NCBI GenBank assembly: GCA_947302975.1
Contig: CAMYXA010000002.1
Coordinates: forward strand, 26,627 to 90,626
DNA: 64,000 nucleotides
Direction of reading: 5' to 3'
Origin: an uncultured Candidatus Saccharibacteria bacterium
Lineage (GTDB): Bacteria > Patescibacteriota > Saccharimonadia > Saccharimonadales > Saccharimonadaceae
Under the pieces are notes generated by a model. The model was given only the letters and a program-made list of their open reading frames with translations, had not been told where the DNA came from and made no database searches. Positions within the stretch are counted from its first letter, which is position 1, and each line of letters begins with the position of its first letter. Shown piece by piece: positions 37,599 to 47,464 of the stretch. The translations under genes were made by a program, and so were the position numbers.

Positions 37599-39383
37599 AT
37601 GTCCAAAAAAGAACCAAAAGAAAAAATGAATGCAAAAAGGACTATCTACTATTTCTGGAAAGCCCTCATGCAGTGCAAAGTGCGAACCACAACCGTGTTC
37701 ACGCTTACTCTTTTGCGCTCTTTCGTTAACACCGTCGTTTTTCCGAAAGGCGCCAGTGAAATCATCGGCCAACTTTCGAGCGGCGACTATGAACTAGGGA
37801 ACTATGTCGGACTTCTTTGTCTTACAGTCATTCCGCCAGCTGTCAACAACCTTGTTGTGTCCCGTATTATTGATTGGCTCGACTGGTCCATGGACGCTAT
37901 CGGAGGAAAATACCTCTCCATTTTGGCCTTTGACGCTATTTCTAACCAGTCCATGACCTTCCACAACAACCACTTCTCCGGCTCGCTCACCTCCCAAGCC
38001 AACAAGCTTCCAAATGCCTTCATTCGTTTGAAATCTGGCATGATTTGGGAAATTCTCCCATTTGCGCTCAGCATTTTCTATTCATTAATCGCCGCAGCGC
38101 TCGTCTGTTTGCCATACGCCGGAATCCTCACCATCTTCTCAATCGTCTATATCGGCACCGCCATTTTGATTTATGTCAAAACCCAAAAAGTTGACATCGA
38201 GCTCGCCTCAGCCGAAAACAAACAAACCGGCCAGCTCGCCGACTCCGCCACTAACATCATGAGCGTCAAATCCTACGCTCGCGAGGCTCATGAAAAGAAG
38301 CGCTTCGAAAAAGCTACCGACCGCACTTTCCGTGCCACCATCGGTTGCGCCAAAGTTTCATTCTTCAGAAACTTCACCCTGAACGTCTTTAGTATCATCG
38401 CCCTCGCCGCTTCGCTCATCCTCATCATTCTCGGCCACGATTTATTCAACCTCTCAATCGCCGACACCGTATTCCTCTACACCATCACCAGTTCAATGCT
38501 TAACAACATCTGGGGAATCAACCCAATCCTCCGCACCATCAACCGCTCATTCAGTGACGCAAAAGAAATGGTCGAAATTCTCGACCTTCCATTCATCGTC
38601 GATGACAAGACCGATAAAGTTCTCGAAGTCAACGATTCCACCATCGAATTTAGCCACATTTCCTTCACTCACGACGAGCAAAAAGATACTCTCTTCGATG
38701 ACTTCTCGCTCACGATTCCATCCGGCAAACGCTTTGGCCTCGTTGGTATTTCCGGCTCCGGCAAAACCACTTTAACCAAGCTCCTCCTTCGCTTCGCCGA
38801 CGTTGAAAAAGGCTCGATCTTTATTGATGGCCACGACATTCGCGACGTCACCCAAAAATCTCTCCGCGAAAACATCGCCTACGTTCCACAAGAGTCATCA
38901 CTCTTCCATCGCTCCGTCAAGGAAAACATCGCCTATGGCAAACCAGATGCAACCGATGAAGAGGTTTTCGAAGCAGCAAAGCTCGCCCATGCCGATGATT
39001 TCATCAGGCAACTCCCAGATGGCTACGAAACTCTCGTTGGTGAACGCGGCGTTAAGCTCTCTGGCGGTCAGCGTCAGCGTATCGCTATCGCTCGTGCTAT
39101 CTTAAAGAACGCACCAATTCTTGTTCTCGACGAGGCAACCTCTGCGCTCGACTCTGAGTCTGAAGCTGCTATTCAAAAAGCTCTTGAAAATCTCATGAAG
39201 AATCGCACCTCAATCGTGATTGCTCACCGCCTCTCAACCGTAGCCAACCTCGACCAAATCGTTGTCCTCGAAGACGGCAAAATCATCGAGCAGGGAACTC
39301 ACAAAGAACTCCTCAAAAACCATGGCGAATACGAAAAGCTCTGGTCCCGCCAGTCTGGTGCATTTTTCGAGACTACCGATTAG
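37599..39383 (+). CDS. ABC exporter (fused permease/ATPase)
   Basis: 6-TM domain; GISGSGKT, LSGGQRQR, ILVLDEATS motifs. Confidence 0.93.
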   Translation: MSKKEPKEKMNAKRTIYYFWKALMQCKVRTTTVFTLTLLRSFVNTVVFPKGASEIIGQLSSGDYELGNYVGLLCLTVIPPAVNNLVVSRIIDWLDWSMDAIGGKYLSILAFDAISNQSMTFHNNHFSGSLTSQANKLPNAFIRLKSGMIWEILPFALSIFYSLIAAALVCLPYAGILTIFSIVYIGTAILIYVKTQKVDIELASAENKQTGQLADSATNIMSVKSYAREAHEKKRFEKATDRTFRATIGCAKVSFFRNFTLNVFSIIALAASLILIILGHDLFNLSIADTVFLYTITSSMLNNIWGINPILRTINRSFSDAKEMVEILDLPFIVDDKTDKVLEVNDSTIEFSHISFTHDEQKDTLFDDFSLTIPSGKRFGLVGISGSGKTTLTKLLLRFADVEKGSIFIDGHDIRDVTQKSLRENIAYVPQESSLFHRSVKENIAYGKPDATDEEVFEAAKLAHADDFIRQLPDGYETLVGERGVKLSGGQRQRIAIARAILKNAPILVLDEATSALDSESEAAIQKALENLMKNRTSIVIAHRLSTVANLDQIVVLEDGKIIEQGTHKELLKNHGEYEKLWSRQSGAFFETTD

Positions 39384-39398
39384 TAGTATATTAGTATT

Positions 39399-40271
39399 AT
39401 GAAAAAGCTCGTCGCTGTGATACTTTTGAACGCTATGCTAATCGCGATTATCGTGTCTCTTATCATCAAAAAGAACGAAGAGAAGCCTCTAGAAGATTCT
39501 CCCGAAGAAGAAGAAAAGGTCCTCGAGCTGGAAAAATCTGGCGTCGAAGATATGACAATTAGCGACTCGCCAAAAACTTCTGCGCCAGCCACGCCAGTGG
39601 ATTGCAGTAGCGCAAACTACACCACTTCCTGGAAATCTTTGATGTTAATAAACCCAAATTTCAAGGTCTCGACTGCCTGGATTGCTAGCCGAAAAACTGA
39701 GCTTGTTAATCTCACCGACTTATACGGCATCAACGAGCTTAACCACTGGAACGGCATTCCACTCATCGATCCAGAAGCCGCACCAAACCTAAACGCCATG
39801 ATAAAAGCCTATGAGGCTGAGCATCCGGGCCACACCCTCGGCACAGTTTCATGTTTCCGTTCCGTCGGGACAAGCTGCGGCCGCATGTGTGCCGCCACCG
39901 GGGAATCAGATCATCACGCCGGATACACTTGCGACCTCGCCGACCCAGCCTATGGTTACGCCCTTGGCACCGACTTCAACGCTAACCACCCAGAGTGGGC
40001 TTGGCTCCACGAAAACTCTTATAAATTCGGCTTCATCGACCGTTTTATCCCAGAATGGGCCGGCGGTCCAATGAGTGAACCAGCCAATGTCGACGCAAAT
40101 GGTACCACTGGTCTCTACGAGACCTGGCATTTCCGCTACGTCGGAACAGGCCCGGCCTACGAAATCGCCACCGGAAAACACAATAACGGCAGCTATGATT
40201 CTCTAGAACACTATCTTAAAGCCACTGGCCGAATTAAGAATCTTCTTTCCCCAAATCAGGGGTGCGAATAA
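39399..40271 (+). CDS. M15B (VanY/LdcB-like) carboxypeptidase, membrane anchored
   Basis: SCFRS, GESDHHAG, CDL, WLHENSYKFGFI, ETWHFRYVG motifs. Confidence 0.85.
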   Translation: MKKLVAVILLNAMLIAIIVSLIIKKNEEKPLEDSPEEEEKVLELEKSGVEDMTISDSPKTSAPATPVDCSSANYTTSWKSLMLINPNFKVSTAWIASRKTELVNLTDLYGINELNHWNGIPLIDPEAAPNLNAMIKAYEAEHPGHTLGTVSCFRSVGTSCGRMCAATGESDHHAGYTCDLADPAYGYALGTDFNANHPEWAWLHENSYKFGFIDRFIPEWAGGPMSEPANVDANGTTGLYETWHFRYVGTGPAYEIATGKHNNGSYDSLEHYLKATGRIKNLLSPNQGCE

Positions 40272-41469
40272 AAATCTTCTCGTCTTTTATCTCATCAGGT
40301 AGATAGTTTTTATCAAGATGAAAACCGGATTCCCATTTTTGGCCCTTACCAAAACCTAGTTCCTTCATCAGCTTGGTCGGAGCATTACGGAGCCAAGTCG
40401 GAACTGGGAGCCCCATGGTTTTATGCGCCAGGCCCATCGCTTTAAACCAAGCGTCAGCCGAGTCACGATTCTTCTTCGACTTCGAGAGAGCAACACAGGT
40501 GTGCGCCAAGATTAGGCCAGACTCTGGCATCCCCACGCGTTCCACCGCTTGGAAGCAAGCCGTCGCAAGCGACAGGGCACCATTACCAGCTAGCCCAATG
40601 TCTTCCGACGCAAAAATCACCATTCGCCTTGCGATAAACTTCGGGTCTTCACCCGCCTCCACCATGCGCGCCAAATAATATAAAGCAGCATCCGTGTCAG
40701 AGCCACGCATCGACTTAATGAAGGCTGAAATATTATCATAATGAGCATCGCCTTTCTTATCATAGCCAGGGACTTTGCGTCCTGCCGCTTCTTTTACCGT
40801 ATCAACATCAACTTTATTCGTCAGAGAAAGTGCAAGCTCGAGGTCACCAAGTGCCGAACGTGCATCTCCGCCCGAAAGCTCAGCGAGATAATCAAGCGCG
40901 GCTTCAGAAATTTTAGCCCCGCCAGCCGTAGTCATCTTTTTGACCACCTTAACGCCTTCGGCTTTCACGGCCCGGTTCAAAACTTCAAGGATTGCCTCCT
41001 TTGAAAGTGGCGAGACCACCACCACGCGCGAGCGTGATAAAAGCGGTGAAATCACTTCAAAGGAAGGGTTCTCGGTCGTCGCGCCAATGAGCGTAATCAA
41101 CCCAGATTCCACATGCGGCAAAAACGCATCTTGCTGCGCCTTATTAAAGCGATGGATTTCATCCACGAAAAGCACGGTGCGCGTTTTAAGGTTCCAGTTC
41201 ACCTTTGCGCGCTCAACCACCTCTTCGACATCTTTCTTGCCGGCCGTAACAGCGGAAATCTCTACAAAATCCGCCTCAAACTCATGCGCCAAAATACGTG
41301 CGAGCGTCGTTTTGCCAGTACCCGGAGGACCCCAGAAAATCAGGTTCACCGGCTCCTTAGCGCGGACGATCTCCGTCAAAATCTTGCCCTCCCCAATGAT
41401 TTTTTCCTGACCGACCACGTCCGACAGTTTTTTCGGACGCATCCTCTCCGCTAGCGGCACTCTATTCAT
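40234..41469 (-). CDS. rarA: Replication-associated recombination protein A
   Basis: GPPGTGKT, VDEIHRFNK, GATTENPSF, SAFIKSMRGSD, ASEDIG motifs. Confidence 0.95.
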   Translation of the reverse strand: MNRVPLAERMRPKKLSDVVGQEKIIGEGKILTEIVRAKEPVNLIFWGPPGTGKTTLARILAHEFEADFVEISAVTAGKKDVEEVVERAKVNWNLKTRTVLFVDEIHRFNKAQQDAFLPHVESGLITLIGATTENPSFEVISPLLSRSRVVVVSPLSKEAILEVLNRAVKAEGVKVVKKMTTAGGAKISEAALDYLAELSGGDARSALGDLELALSLTNKVDVDTVKEAAGRKVPGYDKKGDAHYDNISAFIKSMRGSDTDAALYYLARMVEAGEDPKFIARRMVIFASEDIGLAGNGALSLATACFQAVERVGMPESGLILAHTCVALSKSKKNRDSADAWFKAMGLAHKTMGLPVPTWLRNAPTKLMKELGFGKGQKWESGFHLDKNYLPDEIKDEKIFIRTPDLGKEDS

Positions 41470-41585
41470 ATTTCTATTATATCACTACCCCAGATGGCTA
41501 CCGAATAAAAAAATAAGCAATAAAATTATGCTAAAAATAAAAAATGTGCTATATTAGAAGTAATAATATTAAGAGGAGTTTTAAA

Positions 41586-41987
41586 ATGGACTTTTCATCA
41601 CTACTAGATAGTGCAACATCATCACTTAAAGAGATCTACACCGGCCCTAGCGGTTGGCAAATCGCTGGCATCGTCGTTGGTGTCCTCGGTGCTCTCGGTA
41701 TCTTTGCATACTTCACCTTCTTCGCAAAAGGTGCAGAAAAGAAAAGCTTTGGCGAATGGTGCAAAGGCCTCTTCACAATGAAAGGCAACTTCGCTCTTGA
41801 TCTTGCAAAGATCATTCTTTACTACATGAGCATCAAACTTATCATCACTTCATTTGAGCCAGTTGCAGCCGGTTCTGCACACGCTTTCTATCACTTCGTC
41901 GTTGATGTCATCGGTGGCCTCGTTTGGTACCGCTTCGTCTACGAAATCATCACTGCAGTTGTCAAATTCTGCAAAGGCGACAAGTAG
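41586..41987 (+). CDS. Hypothetical membrane protein (C-terminus reminiscent of DUF4282)
   Basis: SD GAGGAG before ATG 41586; 3 hydrophobic segments; YRFVYE motif. Confidence 0.6.
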   Translation: MDFSSLLDSATSSLKEIYTGPSGWQIAGIVVGVLGALGIFAYFTFFAKGAEKKSFGEWCKGLFTMKGNFALDLAKIILYYMSIKLIITSFEPVAAGSAHAFYHFVVDVIGGLVWYRFVYEIITAVVKFCKGDK

Positions 41988-42001
41988 TCTAACCGCTTAA
42001 G

Positions 42002-42031
42002 AAAATCCCCCCTCGCGAAGGGGGATTTTTT
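42002..42031 (+). terminator. Intrinsic terminator
   Basis: AAAATCCCCC...GGGGGATTTTT. Confidence 0.8.
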
Positions 42032-42047
42032 ATGCTATAATATATTT

Positions 42048-42731
42048 ATGCCAAAAATCAAATTCACAATTATCACTCTGTTTCAAGAAGCCATTGAGCC
42101 GTATCTCAATGTTTCTATGATGTGGAAAGCTCAGGACAAGGGAATTGCTGAGTTTGATTTTGTTAATCTCCGCGACTTTGGTCTCGGCCCTCACAAATCC
42201 GTCGACGACACCCCTTATGGCGGCGGCGACGGCATGCTTCTGCGCTGTGAACCAGTCTATAACGCTATCGAATCCGTAAAAGAGAAAGATCCGTCCGCAA
42301 AAGTCATTCTTCCGACCCCAGTTGGAGATATCTGGAACCAAGGGCTTGCCAAGAAACTCGGCGTCGAAAGCCTCGAAGAAGGAAAGACTCTTCACTACAT
42401 CATCTTGTGCCCACATTACGAGGGTTACGACGAACGCATTCTAGACATCGTCGACTACAAAGTCTGTCTCGGCAAATTCGTTTTAACCGGCGGCGAACTT
42501 CCAGCCCTCACCATCATCGATTCCATCGTCCGCCTCATCCCAGGCGTCCTTGGCGGCGAAACCTCCGCCGAGATCGAATCTTTCTCTGATGGTGACAACC
42601 TCGAATACCCACAATACACCAAACCATACGACTTCCGCGGGAAAACCGTCCCAGATATTCTCCTCTCCGGCAACCACGGCGAAGTTGACAAATGGCGCCG
42701 AGAACACTCCAAAACTTGCAAAAATAACTAA
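42048..42731 (+). CDS. trmD: tRNA (guanine-N1)-methyltransferase
   Basis: VDDTPYGGGDGM, YEGYDER, FVLTGGELPA, EYPQYTKP, LLSGNH motifs. Confidence 0.97.
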   Translation: MPKIKFTIITLFQEAIEPYLNVSMMWKAQDKGIAEFDFVNLRDFGLGPHKSVDDTPYGGGDGMLLRCEPVYNAIESVKEKDPSAKVILPTPVGDIWNQGLAKKLGVESLEEGKTLHYIILCPHYEGYDERILDIVDYKVCLGKFVLTGGELPALTIIDSIVRLIPGVLGGETSAEIESFSDGDNLEYPQYTKPYDFRGKTVPDILLSGNHGEVDKWRREHSKTCKNN

Positions 42732-42818
42732 ATTATGATACAATTATAAGAGTAGTCACTCTAGACCTATTTTTTACGGTCCAAAAAACTTGCACATTAA
42801 CATCATGGAGGTGGGAAA

Positions 42819-43994
42819 ATGAATAATAAAAACAACCTGTGGCTTACCGTAATCGCTGGAGGAAACGGCACAAGACTGTTCCTTTTCAGCAATAAAGATC
42901 GTCCTAAGCAATTTTGCCGAATGAATGAGGATAATACTTTCATTCAGGCAACCGTCGAACGCTTCTTGCAGTTCGGCATAGATCCAAAGCACGTCATCAT
43001 TATCGTAGCGAACGAAGTCCAGCAGGACCTCGCAATCACGCAGCTGTCTGAACGCTTCAATATCCTTTCTAGCAACATTCTTAACATCGGCCCCGATCAC
43101 GGATACGCCGGTGCCAAGATTTATGCAACCAAGGTTATTGAGGAAAAAGATCCAAACGCTAAGATTATCATGACTCCCGCGGATCAGTACGTAGAAAACA
43201 ATCAGGACTTCAAGAACGCCATACTGCGCGGACTTGCAATCGCAGAGACAAACCCCGTTGTAATCGGAAAGAGAATCAACGATGCGAACGCCGCCAAGGA
43301 ACTTGGAAACATCATCTACGACAATGAAGAAAACAAGGCGGAGGCTAACGGATTTTCCATCGAGACATTCGTAGAAAAACCCGATATCGACTGGATCACC
43401 AAGACGATGCTTGAAAAATCATCAGCCTGCAACACCGGTATTTCCATCTGGAAGCCCAGTCAAATCATCAAGGATAACGATATCGACATCGGCACCGACA
43501 AGCTCATCAACGAGCTCCTTATCGAACCGAAACTCGTTGTTGGTAAATTCCCTTGGGAAGACTGCGGAACCTTTGAGGCACTCTATCGCCTGAATTCCCA
43601 GTATACTGGAGCAGACGTTGTCACCCTGAGCGATAAGGAAAACATCGTGCCTAGAGATTGCAGCAGATGTCTCATCATTTCAAGTAATTCCATCGAGCTA
43701 AACGTCAATGGCATTAAAGATGCCGCCGTCATTGCAACTATGATCGACGGCGAATATTATCTCGAAATCGCATCTTTTAATGCAACAAAGAGCGTTGCTA
43801 CGGCCGCAAAAATCTTTGAGGAAGACCCTGATATGTTCAAACAGGGCATCACTCTGGGGGGAAAGAATAATGGTTTCACTAATCCCTACGGGGATAAATT
43901 CCATGTTTGTTTCATTGGTGTCAGCGGCTGCAAAGTCGATCCGTATCTCCGCAAAAAAGGTACTCCCTGCTTCTTAGTAAGCTGTGGATTCTGA
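42819..43994 (+). CDS. Mannose-1-phosphate guanylyltransferase-like nucleotidyltransferase
   Basis: IAGGNGTRLF..S..RPKQF, PADQY, FVEKP, NTGI, WEDCGT motifs; no cupin isomerase domain. Confidence 0.75.
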   Translation: MNNKNNLWLTVIAGGNGTRLFLFSNKDRPKQFCRMNEDNTFIQATVERFLQFGIDPKHVIIIVANEVQQDLAITQLSERFNILSSNILNIGPDHGYAGAKIYATKVIEEKDPNAKIIMTPADQYVENNQDFKNAILRGLAIAETNPVVIGKRINDANAAKELGNIIYDNEENKAEANGFSIETFVEKPDIDWITKTMLEKSSACNTGISIWKPSQIIKDNDIDIGTDKLINELLIEPKLVVGKFPWEDCGTFEALYRLNSQYTGADVVTLSDKENIVPRDCSRCLIISSNSIELNVNGIKDAAVIATMIDGEYYLEIASFNATKSVATAAKIFEEDPDMFKQGITLGGKNNGFTNPYGDKFHVCFIGVSGCKVDPYLRKKGTPCFLVSCGF

Positions 43995-44009
43995 TATCAC
44001 CCTCCATGT

Positions 44010-44039
44010 ACACCCCCGCTCCTTGCGGGGGTGTTTTTT
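44010..44039 (+). terminator. Intrinsic terminator
   Basis: ACACCCCCGC-tcctt-GCGGGGGTGT-TTTTT. Confidence 0.85.
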
Positions 44040-44053
44040 GTTATAATAAAACT

Positions 44054-46069
44054 ATGAATCTTGAATCGTCCGTGGAGTTTTTGAAGGGAATTGGCCCCAA
44101 AACTGCCGAAATCTTAAAAAAGGCCGGCATCAAAACCGTACGTGACTTTTTTTATAATTTACCTCGTGATTACGAGAATTTCCAGGCGCCAGCAAAAATT
44201 GCCGACATCGAACCCGGAAATGTCGTAATCAAGGGGAAAATCGAGAACCTGAACACTCGCCGCACCCGCCGCCGCAATCTCACCATCACAGAAGGAATCG
44301 TTCGCGACAGCTCCGACGCCGTGCGCGTCGTCTGGTTCAACCAATCCTATCGCGCCAAACAGTTCGAAAGCGGCCGTGAATACTATTTTACGGGCCTCTA
44401 CGAACTAAAAAACGGCCGCTATCAGCTCACTTCGCCATCCGCCGCTCTAGTTACCGATGTTGACCAAAATTCATCCTTCCAGCCCATCTACGTGGCTCAC
44501 GGAGCCTTAAAATCACACGATTTTAAGCGCTTGCTCGAAAAATCCAAACCAAAATTTGCCGAAATCCCGGATCTCTTACCAAACGTCGAAAAAGGCCTCC
44601 GTCGCAACTCCCTGTTTAATGCCCATTTTCCCACCTCAAGAGAAGATGTTTCTTCTGCCCGCGAATACCTTGCCTACGAAGAACTTTTTGAACTAATTCT
44701 CGCCGCAAAGCTTAATAAACTCGAAAATCAAAAACTCAGCGCGACCCCTGTCTCGTTTCATGCCGAAACCATCAAAAAGTTCATCGAAAAACTTCCATTT
44801 AAGCTTACCAATGCCCAGCGTCTTGCTACCTGGGAAATCTTTCAAGACCTCGAAAAAGGCACCCCTATGAACCGTTTACTTCAGGGCGATGTTGGCTCCG
44901 GAAAAACCATGGTTGCCGCTCTCGCTGCTTACGAAGTTGCCTCAGCTGGTTGCCAAACTGCTCTCCTTGCCCCAACTGCCATCTTGGCCACCCAGCACTA
45001 CGAAAACTTGAGAAACCTTCTCGAGCCATTTGGCCTAAAAGTTGCACTTTTGACCGGTGCCACCAAGAAAAAAGACGACCTAAAAGCCGAAATCAAAGCT
45101 GGCAAAATCGATCTCATCATCGGCACTCACGCCCTTCTCACCGACGACACCGAATTTAATGATCTCACCCTCGTCATCATCGACGAACAACATCGCTTCG
45201 GCGTCGAACAAAGGGAAAAACTAGTATTAAAATCCCCAAAAGGGAAAGCTCCACACCTCCTCGCCATGACCGCCACTCCAATCCCACGCTCACTCCAGCT
45301 AACTGTTTTTGGAGATCTCGATGTCTCTATCTTGAACGAATTACCAAAGGGTCGCCAGCCAATCGAGACTTCCATCATCCCAGAAATTGCCCAAAAAGAA
45401 ACCCTCTACCCAAAGATTCGCGAAATTATCTCAAAAGGGCAACAAGCTTATTGGATTTGTAAGGCCATCGACGATAACCCAACCACCGAAACCGCCTCTG
45501 TAAAATCCCGCACTAAGAAACTTCAAGAAATTTTCAAAGATTACAAAATCGAATTCTTGCACGGTCGCATGAAGCCAGCCGAAAAAGACGAAATTATGGG
45601 GCGCTTCTCGAGTGGCGAAATCCAAATTCTCGTTTCCACTACAGTGGTCGAAGTTGGTGTCGACGTGCCAAACTCTACTCTCATGGTCATCGAAGATGCC
45701 GAAAACTACGGTCTCGCCCAGCTCCACCAACTCCGTGGCCGCGTTGGCCGTGGCCAAGAGAAATCCTACTGTTTCTTGCTCACCTCTGGTGACAAAGACC
45801 CGTCTCGCCGCCTAAAAGAGCTCGAAAAGTCCACCGACGGTTTCCATCTTGCCGAGGTCGATCTAAAGCTCCGCGGCCCAGGCGAGATTTATGGCAACCT
45901 CCAGCACGGCGCCCTCGACCTTCGCATCGCTACCCTCTCAGACACGAAACTAATCGCCAAAGCCCGCCACGATACCGACCTTCTCTTGAAAAATCCAGAA
46001 AATATGTTAAAATACGAAGAATTAATGTCGAATATTCACAAATATCAACAACTAACAACCTTGAACTAG
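44054..46069 (+). CDS. recG: ATP-dependent DNA helicase RecG
   Basis: LQGDVGSGKT, DEQHRFGV, MTATPIPR, QLHQLRGRVGR motifs; start reassigned to 44054. Confidence 0.97.
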   Translation: MNLESSVEFLKGIGPKTAEILKKAGIKTVRDFFYNLPRDYENFQAPAKIADIEPGNVVIKGKIENLNTRRTRRRNLTITEGIVRDSSDAVRVVWFNQSYRAKQFESGREYYFTGLYELKNGRYQLTSPSAALVTDVDQNSSFQPIYVAHGALKSHDFKRLLEKSKPKFAEIPDLLPNVEKGLRRNSLFNAHFPTSREDVSSAREYLAYEELFELILAAKLNKLENQKLSATPVSFHAETIKKFIEKLPFKLTNAQRLATWEIFQDLEKGTPMNRLLQGDVGSGKTMVAALAAYEVASAGCQTALLAPTAILATQHYENLRNLLEPFGLKVALLTGATKKKDDLKAEIKAGKIDLIIGTHALLTDDTEFNDLTLVIIDEQHRFGVEQREKLVLKSPKGKAPHLLAMTATPIPRSLQLTVFGDLDVSILNELPKGRQPIETSIIPEIAQKETLYPKIREIISKGQQAYWICKAIDDNPTTETASVKSRTKKLQEIFKDYKIEFLHGRMKPAEKDEIMGRFSSGEIQILVSTTVVEVGVDVPNSTLMVIEDAENYGLAQLHQLRGRVGRGQEKSYCFLLTSGDKDPSRRLKELEKSTDGFHLAEVDLKLRGPGEIYGNLQHGALDLRIATLSDTKLIAKARHDTDLLLKNPENMLKYEELMSNIHKYQQLTTLN

Positions 46070-46070
46070 T

Positions 46071-46595
46071 ATGCAAATCATCTCTGGAATTTATAAAAAC
46101 AGACCCCTAAAGTCGCCGATGAACGAAAAGACCCATCCAATGGGCTCACGCGAGAAGCTTGCGCTTTTTAACATGCTTTTGCCATATCTTGAGGGCAGCG
46201 TCGTTCTCGACGCCTATGCCGGCTCCGGAGCCCTCGGCCTCGAAGCATTGTCTCGTGGCGCCAAATTTGTCACCTTCGTCGAAAGCTCCGGCAAAGTCGC
46301 AAAAACCATCAAAGAAAACATCAGATCACTCGACGAGACCGCCGAGGAAAACTCCGAAATCATCGTCCGCGAAATCGCCAAATTCCAGCCGAAAGAGAAT
46401 TACGATCTCATCATTGCCGACCCACCATACAACAATTTTCACCCTGAAGAAATCGAGTCTCTAGCCAGCTTTCTAAAACCTGCCGGCATACTCGCCCTTT
46501 CTCATCCCGGCGACGCCCCAACTTTCTCCGGATTGTCACTTCAAAAATCCCACACCTACGCCGCCGCGACCATCTCAATCTACAAGAAAAGCTGA
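46071..46595 (+). CDS. rsmD: 16S rRNA m2G966 methyltransferase family
   Basis: LDAYAGSGALGLEALSRGA, ADPPY motifs. Confidence 0.88.
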   Translation: MQIISGIYKNRPLKSPMNEKTHPMGSREKLALFNMLLPYLEGSVVLDAYAGSGALGLEALSRGAKFVTFVESSGKVAKTIKENIRSLDETAEENSEIIVREIAKFQPKENYDLIIADPPYNNFHPEEIESLASFLKPAGILALSHPGDAPTFSGLSLQKSHTYAAATISIYKKS

Positions 46596-46623
46596 GTCTG
46601 TGTTATAATTAGCTCACATCCAA

Positions 46624-46708
46624 GCCCGGATGGTGAAATTGGTATACACGTATGCCTTAGGAGCATATGCCGCAAGGTGTGCAGGTTCAAGTCCTGTTCC
46701 GGGCACCA
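46624..46708 (+). tRNA. tRNA-Leu (anticodon TAG) with encoded CCA
   Basis: Acceptor GCCCGGA/TCCGGGC, anticodon stem TATGC/GCATA with loop CTTAGGA, long variable arm, GGTTCAAGTCC T-arm. Confidence 0.97.
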
Positions 46709-46721
46709 AATTAGCTACTAT

Positions 46722-46756
46722 AAGAGGCCTCATTCATCTGGACGAGGCCTCTTTTT
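46722..46756 (+). terminator. Intrinsic terminator after the tRNA
   Basis: AAGAGGCCTC...GAGGCCTCTTTTT. Confidence 0.8.
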
Positions 46757-46853
46757 GTCGCTTATGAAAATCACCATAAACACTATTGACTTTTTATTCC
46801 GTTTATGTATAATAAAATACGTAAAAGGTCATAAAAACAAAAAAGGAGACAAA

Positions 46854-47375
46854 ATGAAAAAACAATTAATGACCGCAGCTGGTATTGTCGCCGGGCTTGG
46901 AGCCGTGGTTCTCCCACTTAGCTCTTATGCAGCCAATAGCGCAACGACAAATATCACGGCAAATGTTGCTGGCTCGATCTCAATCACAGCAACCGACGCT
47001 ATCACCATCGGTGATCTAACTGCCACCCCAGCAACCCTCGTTCCTGGTACATCTGGCACCGCAACGATTGCCCTCCACGTCGAGACCAACGTCGCTGGCG
47101 GCTTCAATGTTACTGCAACCCCAACCGCATTGACCAAGGGTTCTGACGCTATCAACTACAACGCTGCCGCAGCTGCTGGCACCCGTGGTTGGAGCATCCA
47201 AGGTGAAGGCGATGCATCCGCCTTTAGCGGCACCGGCGTCCTCTGGACCTTCGGTACTGCAAGCACCATCTCTGCAAACGAAGACAAGAACTTCACAGTT
47301 ACCGTTGGTACTGATACAACCACCCCAACTGGTACCTACACCGGTTCTATCTCATTTGTCGCTGCAAACAACTAA
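46854..47375 (+). CDS. Secreted 173-aa Thr/Ala/Gly-rich beta-sandwich protein (small WxL/pilin-like)
   Basis: Promoter TTGACT-16-TATAAT, SD AGGAG, signal peptide ending SYA, C-terminal GTYTGSISFVA. Confidence 0.6.
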   Translation: MKKQLMTAAGIVAGLGAVVLPLSSYAANSATTNITANVAGSISITATDAITIGDLTATPATLVPGTSGTATIALHVETNVAGGFNVTATPTALTKGSDAINYNAAAAAGTRGWSIQGEGDASAFSGTGVLWTFGTASTISANEDKNFTVTVGTDTTTPTGTYTGSISFVAANN

Positions 47376-47386
47376 TCTTTAGCAAG

Positions 47387-47415
47387 AAAAATATGCCCCT
47401 CGGGGCATATTTTTT
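47387..47415. terminator. Intrinsic terminator within the surface cluster
   Basis: AAAAATATGCCCC-tc-GGGGCATATTTTT. Confidence 0.85.
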
Positions 47416-47464
47416 GTGCCGCGTTTACGGCCTGTGTTATAATAATCCCATAACCAGGAGGTAA

